This document shows, in pieces, positions 40,357 to 50,498 of a stretch of 64,000 nt of DNA. The translations under genes were made by a program, and so were the position numbers. The DNA is taken from positions 2,784,001 to 2,848,000 of the forward strand of contig CH464491.1 in the NCBI GenBank assembly GCA_000002445.1, in the 5' to 3' direction. The stretch comes from Trypanosoma brucei. Taxonomy: Eukaryota. A model generated the notes under the pieces. That model was not told the DNA's origin, did no database searches, and saw nothing but the letters and a program-made list of their open reading frames with translations. The stretch's first letter is position 1; each line of letters starts with the position of its first letter.

Positions 40357-41900
40357 AATTAGGAAGTGGCAGCTTTGGTTGGTTGGTGAGTGAAGAAAGA
40401 GGAAGGGAGGTTCGTTGGAAGGAAATTATTCATCGCCATTTCCAAGTCTGTAAACACAGAAGAACCTCACGGCCACCACCATAAAACTCGTATCTGAGAT
40501 ATTTGTTTCCAGATAGAACTACTGTATAAGAAAGAGAAATAACAAGGTCCGTTCTTTTTTTCTATTTCTACTATTCAATAGGACAAGAAAACGGAGCACC
40601 GTGGGCCCTTTCGGAGTCGAAGGGATGACAGTTGACGACGGTAGAGAGAATATAGCAAGGGGAAAATAGATGAGCAGTGGGTCGCGGCGCAAGCGTCAGG
40701 AATGCAACCCACACACCAACATCATTTGTGTTTTCGGTGGTTAACCAACTTCAACCGTTTCATGCGTAAACTAAAAAAAAAAAACGGCCGCGGTCGTAAA
40801 TGGAGGAAGCGTGTCGAAGGGTAAAGGGGAGCTACCACCAGTCTCAGGGAAGGGAAGAAAAAAGAAGATGTTTTGGAGGCGTTGAGAAAGAACTGAGGAA
40901 GTAAAGTGGGTCTCTTGTTCTTTTTTTTTTCATTTTCTGCTTGTTTGTTTGCCGCCAAAAATCAAAAAGGTATGAACCACTGCAGAGTCGAAGGTGGTGC
41001 AGGAGAAATAAAGGAGTGTACATGGCCACGAACTTGTACATCAATTCACATCGACGTCCCATCGGTTCGGAATCGTTTTCTCTTCTATCTTTGGAAACGT
41101 CTTCCTTACTTGTGTATTTTTTTTTTCAGAATTTTCGGCCGTTATCATTTTTTCTAGTCTTGTTCGTCCATTTCCCCCCTTCTTTGATATCCCACTCTCT
41201 GTTGGTTGATTTTGTTCCGTCACCTCAACAAACATTACGTGGTCCCTCACACCCTGCAAGCCTACGGAAAACTCGATAAATATGATAAAGTTGGTATTTT
41301 TTTTTTCTTGCCCTCTTCCTCTTTCGACTGGCAGACTTAACAAGGGTTACGATTAGAAGGGTTTATATTAATACGTGTGCGTCTTGTGTATTTGATAGGC
41401 TCATTTTTCATCAACTGGTGGCTGCTTGTTCGTTTGTTTGGTGTGAGGAAATGCGACTCTGGGGGTTCCTCATGTGGACTCTGGAAAGTAACTCATGTTA
41501 CTGATGGGGAGGTGTAATACTTGCCCTCTGTTGTAGTTTGCCTCTTCCGGTTATTCGATCCTCGGGCACTTCCCCTGTGGCGTTTCCCTGACCTGGGGGA
41601 AATGAGAAGCTGTGAGAAGATTTGGACTGGTGAAATACAAAAAAAAAATTGGTTAAAGGAATGGAAGGCGACGGTAAAACAAGTAGAGAAGAAGCCGCTT
41701 CCGTGGATGCCGGAGTGCTGTACGGATTTCGTTTTCAACCCACTGTGTGCACTTATGTATGCACGCACGTAGGAAATGTTTGTTTGGTAAAGAATGAATC
41801 TGTTTCGCCCTTTTCTCCTTCTCGTTTTGTGTGACTTTAACCAGGGAAAAAAGGGGGGAATCGAAAAGAAAAAAGAGAAAAAAGAGGGAAAACAAAAAGA

Positions 41901-43277
41901 ATGGTGCTCCTCTCTGTTCTGGATAAAGCAAAGGACATGGCTTCGCGTCTTCTACCAACGCCTTACCTGGAACTTGTAGAGGAGGCCACTGAACCATGCT
42001 TAAGTACTCCTAAACTATCGGCTGTGACGCTGCTATGCGACAATGCCAATACGCGGGCGGAAAGCGTGGCCGATGTTGTGCGGGCTGTCCGCCGCCGCAT
42101 CGCCAATTCTGATCCAACTGTGCAGTATCTCACAGTTATTGTGCTGGAGTCGCTTGTCAAAAATTGTAACACGAAGTTGCACACGGAAGTCGCTGCGCAG
42201 AAAGGCATTGTGAAGGAACTGTACAACATTGCCACCCGCAGCGCTACCAGTGAGAAGGAGTGCTTAGCGAAGGAAGCAGCTTTGGCGCTCATTCTTAATT
42301 TCTCTGTTTGGTTTGCAGGGCATCCCAACAGCCGGTTAAAGTTCTTGACGTCAGTCGCTGAGGCTGTTCGACGGGCTGTAGGGCCCAATGCATTTGATGG
42401 AATCCAGCCCGACATTGATACGCGACTCTCCATGGCAGTAGGCCCAACGGGCCAGCGCACCCGTCCCCCGGCGAAGCAACCGAACAAATCAATACACCAT
42501 CCACCAGAAACTGGACTCCCGCCGGGAGCACACGTGGTAGACGCAATTGGCATCGTTTTACCAACGGACGAGGAGCTAGGTACCATGCTTGACGTATGTA
42601 TGACCCTTGCAGAATACCTCAATGACATCAAAGTGAACGAGGACGGAAGTGTAGAAATGGATGACGTTATCGAGAGTATTCTCAGTAGTATACGCAGCAG
42701 CAATAAACTAATTTTATTGATCCTTGGTTCTGATCTGAAGCCGAGTAACAGGGAAATGCTTGTGGATGTTTGCAACAGCCAAAATAATCTGATGCAGCGC
42801 CTGTCCAAGCGGGCACCTTCACAAGATACACGACAGGGCGGCACCACAGCACAATCGACTTCAGATTCACTGTCGGGGGCCTCGGTGGCTGCGACCGCTA
42901 AAACGCCATCAGCAAGTTCAAAAATGACGGCGGCAAGTGCAGCAAAGCCAAGTGCCCCACCCGAAACCCCAAAGGAGCAGCCGGTGAAATTGTTGGGCGC
43001 ATCTCAAACAGTGAAAAGGCCAGTGAAGCCAACAGGGGGTGAAAGTGCCGCACATCCACAAAACCCTCTTGACCTACTTGACGACCTATTCCCGGCTGCG
43101 CCCGCCCAGGCTCCTGCAGCGGCACCGCCGGCAGTTGAGGCGGTGGGAAAGGGAGCAGAAAATAACTGTGAAGATATGTACAGTAGTGAAGAGGTTTCTG
43201 AAGAAAGAAACCGGAAACCGGTTAAGCACGTTTATACCGATTTTGAAGACCTTTTGGCGCGACAGGCACCAAAGTAG
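41901..43277 (+). CDS. VHS-domain protein (TOM1/Hrs-like endosomal adaptor), with a Ala/Pro/Ser-rich low-complexity C-terminus.
   Basis: The N-terminal ~140 aa have VHS-like helices (DNANTRAESVADVVRAVRRRIANSDPTVQYLTVIVLESLVKNCNTKLHTEVAAQKGIVKELYNIA). An alternative start at 41937 (MASRLL) is possible. Confidence 0.55.
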   Translation: MVLLSVLDKAKDMASRLLPTPYLELVEEATEPCLSTPKLSAVTLLCDNANTRAESVADVVRAVRRRIANSDPTVQYLTVIVLESLVKNCNTKLHTEVAAQKGIVKELYNIATRSATSEKECLAKEAALALILNFSVWFAGHPNSRLKFLTSVAEAVRRAVGPNAFDGIQPDIDTRLSMAVGPTGQRTRPPAKQPNKSIHHPPETGLPPGAHVVDAIGIVLPTDEELGTMLDVCMTLAEYLNDIKVNEDGSVEMDDVIESILSSIRSSNKLILLILGSDLKPSNREMLVDVCNSQNNLMQRLSKRAPSQDTRQGGTTAQSTSDSLSGASVAATAKTPSASSKMTAASAAKPSAPPETPKEQPVKLLGASQTVKRPVKPTGGESAAHPQNPLDLLDDLFPAAPAQAPAAAPPAVEAVGKGAENNCEDMYSSEEVSEERNRKPVKHVYTDFEDLLARQAPK

Positions 43278-43974
43278 TGTTAGCAATAACTCTCCACTGG
43301 GTGGGTAGTACACCAAGTATACATGATATTAGCATGGGTAGATTTGCGTGCGTGCGTGTTGGGTCGTTTTACGTAATGCAAATATGTTCAAGATCCTTTT
43401 CGTCTCAACTGGCATTTCGAATCAAAAGACAAGGGGGAAAAAGCAAAGGAAGGAGATGGCGCAACCAGATCCTCATTTTTTGTTCCTGAATTTGTACCGG
43501 TGGTTTGAACGTAAGTGGAGCGTTGTCGCAAGCTCTGGTCCCATGCGTTTAGTGCAGTTTTTAAGTATGGTACCGTTTTGTAGCGCTCGCAGGGCTCTAA
43601 GCATCATTTTTGTGGATACCACTACGCGAAAAAAAGGAAGTTGTTATGTGTTTTTATTTCCACTCCCGCACACTAGCATCAACATCTTTATCGTGCAGTG
43701 GTTACCTATGTTATTTCTTTTTTTTTTATTAGTGTCAGTCCTACTATTTATTCATTTTTGCAACTATCAGGACTAACTGAGCTTGGCTCTGCAATCTCAC
43801 GGCGTGACGGTCCACATCTCCTTTCCTGTGTAACTAAAGGTAAAAGAAAAGGTCAATACAAGGCACTAACACGCATTCCTAACTCAGAGAAGGACAGCAA
43901 TTGGAGTCTCATCGTTCCACAAAAAAAAGGGGGCGTAGAGAAAAGCGACGGTGCTTTAAAAGAAAGGAAAGAAG

Positions 43975-44814
43975 ATGGGTCCCAGTGAGTACGATGAGTT
44001 GGAGAACATCGTCGAACGCTGTAGCGCAAGAGGCCCAAACACATGTGGGTGGAAAATCACTATGACAGAGGACATACACGATGAACCGGACCGTCTCAAT
44101 GGCTACCCATTTGCTGACCACAACGGTATCGGAGTGCGGTTATCTTACACCAAAGGAAGCATCACGGTCCGGGCTAATGTGAGTTCGAACCCCAAGACCA
44201 CATGGTGTGATCTTCTTCCTACTCTCAAATGGAGGCGAGACGCGCATGGCGCCCAACATACCTTTTTCCTCCACATGGCCGCAACGCCCAGGTTTACGTA
44301 CACATTGCGTCACCCGGAGTTTTTTATCACATCGGACACAAATCTGGTGGATGGGTTTGTCTCCAGATGCACAGCAACCACACGCATATCACCAAAAAAT
44401 CAGGTGGGTGTGTCATTTACGTATGACCCCAGCAGAAGTGGTTTGAAAGACTACACGTTTCTTTTTGCACGGGAGGCGTGTGCCGCCGTGCTCGGTGGTG
44501 ACGTCGTGGCCAAGTATAACGCCACCCGCGGTATAGGCCTTCACCTTCGTGTTCCGACGAACGCATACACCAGTGCGGTTGTCTTGGCAGAAAAGCAGCG
44601 GTTCATAGTGGGAGCAGAGGCTCGCTCATCCTGCGGTGCTCAGATGTTAATGAATATAAACCTAGTCGACCAGAGGGCTGAAGTGGCTCTTTCGCGATTC
44701 TTTGGCCCAGTCTGGCAAGTGGCACTCAACTACTCAGCAGTTCTGAACAAGCCTACCACTGGGTATATTTCGACAGTGTCCCCGCGGTTTGGTATTGTTT
44801 TCACAGGAAGGTGA
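43975..44814 (+). CDS. Hypothetical protein; possible beta-rich (porin-like) fold.
   Basis: A 279-aa ORF with alternating polar/hydrophobic short strands along its length (RLSYTKGSITVRANVSS, YTFLFAREA, RFGIVFTGR). I recognise no family; the porin idea is weak. Confidence 0.35.
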   Translation: MGPSEYDELENIVERCSARGPNTCGWKITMTEDIHDEPDRLNGYPFADHNGIGVRLSYTKGSITVRANVSSNPKTTWCDLLPTLKWRRDAHGAQHTFFLHMAATPRFTYTLRHPEFFITSDTNLVDGFVSRCTATTRISPKNQVGVSFTYDPSRSGLKDYTFLFAREACAAVLGGDVVAKYNATRGIGLHLRVPTNAYTSAVVLAEKQRFIVGAEARSSCGAQMLMNINLVDQRAEVALSRFFGPVWQVALNYSAVLNKPTTGYISTVSPRFGIVFTGR

Positions 44815-45235
44815 AATACGATACGGAACACAACAAGAAGGAAGGCGAAAACAGCAAAGTGGAAAACTGTGTTTTTCAGAACAAAACAAATTTCTCTACG
44901 ACCAAGTATTGTGAACCGCAATATTCCCTAAGGCACCTCATGAGAAACGTGAGAATGGAACATTTTAGTGCAAGGAGTTTACGTTTCTAAAACGCGATGT
45001 CAGGAAGGAAAGAAACAATACTCAGAGTCAGCGTCCGAGTAAATATCCCATCGCATGATAAGGATTATTAAATCTACGACGCAAACGTTGCCTCAATCGG
45101 AAGCAGAAGTATAAGCGCGGGTCATAACATCCACACGAGCTCAGATAAACAACACAAAGTTTTCAAACGGAAACAAACCACTGACACAAGGTGAAAAAAA
45201 AAGCGAATTATCCCGTCGTGACCTTATTTTCCTTG

Positions 45236-45265
45236 TGCTTTCACCCTTCTCTCCCTCTCTTAGTT
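45236..45265 (+). promoter_or_regulatory. Polypyrimidine tract + AG, a putative trans-splice acceptor region for RPSA.
   Basis: tcacccttctctccctctcttag lies immediately upstream of the RPSA ATG. Confidence 0.4.
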
Positions 45266-45297
45266 CCAAAGCATTACGCAACTCCCACACACGCAAT

Positions 45298-46032
45298 ATG
45301 ACCTCCGTCTCGTCCGGCGCTAAGGTCCTCCGAATGAAGGAGAGCGACGTGCAGAAGTTGCTCGCCATGCACTGCCACCTCGGCACGAAGAACAGCAGCA
45401 GCGCCATGAAGAAGTACATCCACGGGCGCACAAGCGACGGCACAAATATCATTGATATCCACATGACGTGGGAGAAGCTGATCCTTGCCGCCCGTGTGAT
45501 CGCTGCGGTGGAGAACCCACAGGATGTCACCGTCTGTTCCACACGCCTATTCGGGCAGCGCGCCATCTTCAAGTTTTCCCAACTCGTTGGGACATCGTTC
45601 CTCGGTGGCCGGTTTATTCCCGGTACATTCACCAACCAGATCCAGAAGAAGTTCATGCAGCCACGCGTTCTGGTTGTCACGGATCCCCGCACAGACCACC
45701 AGGCCCTACGTGAAGCGAGCCTTGTCAACATCCCCGTCATTGCTTTCTGCGACACGGACGCACCACTGGAGTTTGTTGACATTGCCATCCCGTGCAATAA
45801 CCGTGGACGCCATTCTATCAGCATGATGTATTGGCTGTTAGCCCGGGAGGTGCTGAGGCTCCGTGGCACCATCCCACGTAGTGTCCCATGGGAAGTGAAA
45901 GTGGACCTCTTCTTCTACCGTGACCCTGAAGAGGCATTGAAGCAAGAGGAGGCCACCGCCGCAGCTGAGGTCCATGAAGAAGCTGACGAGGGTTATGGAT
46001 GGGTGGAGCGCGACAACACATGGGAGCAGTAA
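45298..46032 (+). CDS. RPSA: 40S ribosomal protein SA (uS2, p40).
   Basis: [177 protein letters not shown] is a textbook uS2/RPSA sequence. The ORF-track start at 45235 is in the polypyrimidine tract; the true ATG is at 45298. Confidence 0.95.
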   Translation: MTSVSSGAKVLRMKESDVQKLLAMHCHLGTKNSSSAMKKYIHGRTSDGTNIIDIHMTWEKLILAARVIAAVENPQDVTVCSTRLFGQRAIFKFSQLVGTSFLGGRFIPGTFTNQIQKKFMQPRVLVVTDPRTDHQALREASLVNIPVIAFCDTDAPLEFVDIAIPCNNRGRHSISMMYWLLAREVLRLRGTIPRSVPWEVKVDLFFYRDPEEALKQEEATAAAEVHEEADEGYGWVERDNTWEQ

Positions 46033-46578
46033 GCGAATTGTTGCCTTGGGACAAGCACAGTTGTTTAACATATATGTCTTGGTTGTTACCTCCGTATAAT
46101 TTTTAATTTTTTTTCTTTTCGGTGACCGCGTGCGGCATCGCTAACTTTAGGGAGGAATGAGGCGCTGCGCATTCGAAGGTGCTCTGCCGCTGAACAATGA
46201 CTGCCTCATGACACTATACAACCAACACCTCATTATTGCCCTAAGCGTCGTTTGACAATATTGCATCTCCTCTACAATACCTGTTTCTGTGTGATATTTT
46301 GTATCTGATGTTATATTTCCTTCTTCTTTTCTCTTAACTTCCTTCATTTCCGTACCATCTATTGCAGCGACAAACCCAGGGCAGCGCCAACGGGTGGTGA
46401 GTGAGCACTGGACCCTGCCTAGAGGCCACTCAAAAGTAACTGTCAAGCGGTCGCGCAGGAAAGGCTAAAAGTAGGCAAGGAATTGTGCGTGCACCACTGT
46501 GTAATTGAAACTCATCGGTACTTGTATCAATCACGTATTGTCAAAGCTCATTTTTAGTGCTCGGGAACTATTGCTGAG

Positions 46579-47382
46579 TTGGAGCGTGCCACGATGGAGC
46601 CAAGTAAAACCAGCACCCGGCGCAATCCCGATCAGTGCTATGCGTGCTACTCCGAGATTGCTAATATTGTAGCCCAAATGGGTGGGTTGTACTGTCACCA
46701 AAGCAGAAACGCTGGTCCCCAGTTACTCTGTCGTATATGGCGTACACTGTGCGAATCAGTGGAAGAAACCCTCGTGAGAAAGCGTTCTTGCATAATACCA
46801 GACTTCTTACATGCCAGCATCAAGGTGCAGAGGGTCTCGCCATTCGATGGTGAAATTAATTTGTACAAACCACAGATGGTGTTGCTTCCTGACTTTCTTT
46901 CAAAATTCCACGTTCAGAACGTTCTCACCTTTCGCGATGCGCACTATCATGCCACAGTCCCAAATATCATAAGCTTCGATGAGATAGCAGCGATTGTTGG
47001 AACAGATCGGCATATAGTGAAAGCGGCTGTGAGTGAGTCCGTGCGTGAAATTGGGAAATATTTGGATCGCAACAAGTGCGCGGTGTTATCTATCGATGTT
47101 GGTGTTGCTTTTTTGGAATTCCGGGGACGCGAATACCGAATCAAGTGGGCCGACACTTTTCTGGAACGGCTCAAGAGGGAAGTTGGACCCCGCTCCTTCG
47201 TCGAACCGTACATTCCACCAACCATGGCACCAGACGCGAGGGGTTGTCGCTTCCAATCAGAGTGCTTGACGAAGGAATCGCTACATGGGTCGCTAAACGA
47301 TACACTGCAGCGAGAAAGTCGAACTCAGGTGGTGGAGATGTGCGGCTCGCAAAACAAACAGTTTACGCTATCACCTTCTTGA
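46579..47382 (+). CDS. Hypothetical protein (267 aa).
   Basis: An ORF on the coding strand of the unit. An alternative start is at 46594 (MEPSKT). I recognise no family. Confidence 0.45.
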   Translation: MERATMEPSKTSTRRNPDQCYACYSEIANIVAQMGGLYCHQSRNAGPQLLCRIWRTLCESVEETLVRKRSCIIPDFLHASIKVQRVSPFDGEINLYKPQMVLLPDFLSKFHVQNVLTFRDAHYHATVPNIISFDEIAAIVGTDRHIVKAAVSESVREIGKYLDRNKCAVLSIDVGVAFLEFRGREYRIKWADTFLERLKREVGPRSFVEPYIPPTMAPDARGCRFQSECLTKESLHGSLNDTLQRESRTQVVEMCGSQNKQFTLSPS

Positions 47383-47822
47383 AAACATCAGTTGCCGCGC
47401 CGGTAGTCTTCAGATGAGAAGAGTTTGAACAGGGAAAAGAATGTGTGCAAGAGGGTTGGAAAAAAAAAACGGCAGTAGTGAGGGTGAACTGATCCTCATC
47501 ACGCGAAATGTACAAATACATTTACTGTCATTATTTTACTTAGAGACTCTGAGAAGGGGGCGTGATTTTGGTGTTGTTTGGTTTTGAAACATGTAGAAGA
47601 GCAAGTTGTAGAAATGGTGTTCTGAAAGGAGGCTGGAGCGGGTACGTGTTGGGGTGTGGTACGACATTTGATATGGTACAAGAGCCCTTCAATCTCTCTC
47701 GGTTTAGTCGACGCATGGAACGGCTGTTGTTCAGTTCTCTGTTTGTCTAACACAAGAAGCGCATATACAGCACCGGCCCGCACGCTGCTGTTGGTTATCT
47801 GGTGATTGAGTGTTGCTTCTAA

Positions 47823-50498
47823 ATGGTATCCCCTGACAGGTGCATGAACAAAGGTTCCTCCCCCACATTCACTGATTTCCCCCCTCTTCTTTTGCTACTT
47901 CTTTCGACTTCGCCATCACCGAATCTACTACAAATAGTTACTCTTGCGCACACACGGATGAACGTCGCGTGGGGGACAAAGACTACACGTAATTGTAATG
48001 AACATATGCTAATGGCTTCTCCAGTGGCAGATGGATCGTGGAATCGGTCAGTGCGTTCTCTCCGTTGCTACAGCACGGAGTCTCATAGGTACAACCATAC
48101 CCCGTGCGACGGCAGCATTCCCATTGCATTTGCTCCGGTGGGCCTATCTTGCCTCCAAACGGGAGCCATCGTGGGGCATGCAAACCAGAATTCATCCATT
48201 CCAGTAGCATGCCAACGTGGCTTATGCACCTACGGTCACGATGTACAACTATTGCAGCATCATCACCAGCTCTACAACCAACGTCAAAGGTTGAGACGCG
48301 GCGCCCCACGCGAAGCCCCCGTAGCAAAAGAGACCGGGAGTGTTGAATACGGCGCGGGCCCTCCGACAGGATCTAACAGCAAGAGACCGCTTCGGTGGGA
48401 GGGTAGTCAGTCTTCTTTGAACGAGTCTCGTAAACAAAAGAAAAGGAACAGTGGGAGTGTGCGCGATCTGCTATTTGTTGCACATGTGTCCAACTTTTCC
48501 CAGTTGGAAGAGTTGCGGCGTACTAATTCCCTTCCGGATTTCCTACAGTCGTTTGTGCCGAAGCAGGCCAATCCGCCAACCACAAGTATGCCGATGAGGT
48601 TCTTGATCGTGGTTGAAAAGTTGTACCTTGCAGCCTGCGTGTCAATCCCACCGTCACCTGAAGATGTTGTTCTCTCTGAGAGGACGGCAGTGGAGTTTCT
48701 TGAGGTTCGGTACGTGCACTGCGACGATGGGCACCTCCTGGTGGACCTAAAGAGCGGTACATGCGTTGCCAAACGCATTCACTCAACATTTCGGAAGGCA
48801 CTGGTGCAACTTTCAAAACTTGAAGCAAAGTTGCTCACCGGTGAATATGCTGGAACCATGCAAGTCCTCCAGGATAAGTCACTTTTCAGAGGCATCTCCT
48901 ACAACCCCCTGGTCTATGCTGCGCTTTTCAACCTCTTAACGCAGAATGGGGGAGAAGAAGACATTGATGCCGCAGACTTGTGGTCAAAACTTATCCGTGA
49001 GCCTACACCCAACAGTTCACACAGTGACACGGCGGAGAGAAGCCATACACGATATGAGAAAGCAGAAGATGGTGAAAAACACTTGGTTGGCGACACTGCT
49101 TCGCTTCTCCCCTCCTGTGGAGTTGCGCTCTTCTCAACTGTTTACGGAGTTCGTTTGTTTAAGCGAGTAATGGGTATCCCCGGGTTGCGGAGGCTTTTTT
49201 TCCAACTGTTGGTGGAAGCAGCGCAGCCGATGTCAGTAACCGAAGTAACGACACCACCACCCTTGAAAGATGATGAAGCACTTGAAAGATCCACGGCCAA
49301 TGTTACGAAACGCCCCTCTGAGCAGTGCTTCATGGCCATCTTCTCGTGCTCACTCACGTCGTATTTCCTCTTTGAGTGCTTCGGTCTCGTGGATGGAGCA
49401 GACTGTTGCGAAGAGGAAGTGGATATCATTTGTGCCTGTCTAAAGCGATCTGCGGTGAAGGTTGCCTGTAGCAACGGTGGAAGCTTCACGATGATTGGGT
49501 TAATCAAGGCCCTTTCCACCCGTCGTTTCGGCGAATGCCAAAGGAACTGGCAGGGGGACGAAGGCAGCGTAATTGTGCACGAAAAGAGTGCGAGTATTAT
49601 CGACCCAAACAGCGAGAGTAATGTCCTCAGCACCTCTTCACCACATGAAAGGCTGCGAGAACGGCGGGTGGAAAGTGACGAAAAGTTTTTCCGCGCGGTC
49701 ATCAGGGGATTTGTGGCCGGTGAAGGCCCAGGAAGTACACGTGAAGAGAAAGTTTCACGAGGCCGCCGCGTGAAGTTTCTTACGCAGCACGTCATCGCAT
49801 GCCGTGTGACGCAGAGCCTCATTCCGGTACTTGTGGATTCCATCCACCTTATGGAGGATCGGATGAAAAAGCGCCAACGGCAGGAACCAGTCAGAAGGGG
49901 GGAAGAGGAGGAGGAGGATTTGTTGGAAGTGCAGTACTTCGAGGACTGTACGGCATTTCTTGAAGAAGCAACTGACCAGTGTGGGTTGATGGTAAACCAC
50001 GCGCATGGGAACTATGTACTTCAGGCGCTCATACGCGAATTAGTTAAGCGTAGTACACCACGGTCATTTGTTGAGAAAATGCTACAGAAAGTGTCAGATA
50101 TGCTCATTGCGTCCATACTTGAGGTTAGCAAGGAAAAATTTGCATCCAACTGCTTAGAAGCAATGATTGACGCCTGCAAGACAGCGCGTGGGGGAAATGG
50201 GATGATTTTATGCCTCGGGTCAACTTTACTCCGTAAGGGAAGGGACCGCATGCTACAAGTGACATTTGATCAATATGGAAACTACGTCGTGCGCAAAATG
50301 CTCAATCATATCACAGCCCTCGCGGTGGGTGAACAGAAAGCAATGGAGAGTGAACGAGAGGAAGCACGCAGACTGAGAGGGCAGTATTTTAGTATACTTG
50401 CGCAAAATTCCGAACAACTTCGCACCGCGCGATACGGATCAGGCATTTACGACTGGATATGTTGCCAGAGCTCCGGAATTCCTGCATCGCATAAATAA
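47823..50498 (+). CDS. Pumilio/PUF-family RNA-binding protein, with a long N-terminal extension.
   Basis: C-terminal PUF repeats carry canonical motifs: HAHGNYVLQALIRE, KFASNCLEAMIDAC and FDQYGNYVVRKMLNH. The true start is probably downstream of 47823, because the first ~30 codons are polypyrimidine-derived. Confidence 0.75.
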   Translation: MVSPDRCMNKGSSPTFTDFPPLLLLLLSTSPSPNLLQIVTLAHTRMNVAWGTKTTRNCNEHMLMASPVADGSWNRSVRSLRCYSTESHRYNHTPCDGSIPIAFAPVGLSCLQTGAIVGHANQNSSIPVACQRGLCTYGHDVQLLQHHHQLYNQRQRLRRGAPREAPVAKETGSVEYGAGPPTGSNSKRPLRWEGSQSSLNESRKQKKRNSGSVRDLLFVAHVSNFSQLEELRRTNSLPDFLQSFVPKQANPPTTSMPMRFLIVVEKLYLAACVSIPPSPEDVVLSERTAVEFLEVRYVHCDDGHLLVDLKSGTCVAKRIHSTFRKALVQLSKLEAKLLTGEYAGTMQVLQDKSLFRGISYNPLVYAALFNLLTQNGGEEDIDAADLWSKLIREPTPNSSHSDTAERSHTRYEKAEDGEKHLVGDTASLLPSCGVALFSTVYGVRLFKRVMGIPGLRRLFFQLLVEAAQPMSVTEVTTPPPLKDDEALERSTANVTKRPSEQCFMAIFSCSLTSYFLFECFGLVDGADCCEEEVDIICACLKRSAVKVACSNGGSFTMIGLIKALSTRRFGECQRNWQGDEGSVIVHEKSASIIDPNSESNVLSTSSPHERLRERRVESDEKFFRAVIRGFVAGEGPGSTREEKVSRGRRVKFLTQHVIACRVTQSLIPVLVDSIHLMEDRMKKRQRQEPVRRGEEEEEDLLEVQYFEDCTAFLEEATDQCGLMVNHAHGNYVLQALIRELVKRSTPRSFVEKMLQKVSDMLIASILEVSKEKFASNCLEAMIDACKTARGGNGMILCLGSTLLRKGRDRMLQVTFDQYGNYVVRKMLNHITALAVGEQKAMESEREEARRLRGQYFSILAQNSEQLRTARYGSGIYDWICCQSSGIPASHK

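Noticed and set aside
1-43277. Apparent 'trafficking cluster' (AP-3 beta, OS-9-like lectin, VPS28, VHS-domain protein) as a functional module.
   Set aside because: Gene order in kinetoplastid polycistrons is not functionally organised. The genes are interspersed with unrelated ones (SNF2, kinesin, GH65), so the co-occurrence is most parsimoniously coincidence.
43975-44814. Calling the 279-aa ORF a VDAC/Tom40-type mitochondrial porin.
   Set aside because: Only a by-eye impression of alternating strands and a vaguely beta-signal-like C-terminus. No motif is strong enough, so it is kept as hypothetical with a low-confidence note.
45141-45872. 243-aa minus-strand ORF overlapping RPSA.
   Set aside because: It is antisense to an unambiguous ribosomal protein gene and has no recognisable fold.
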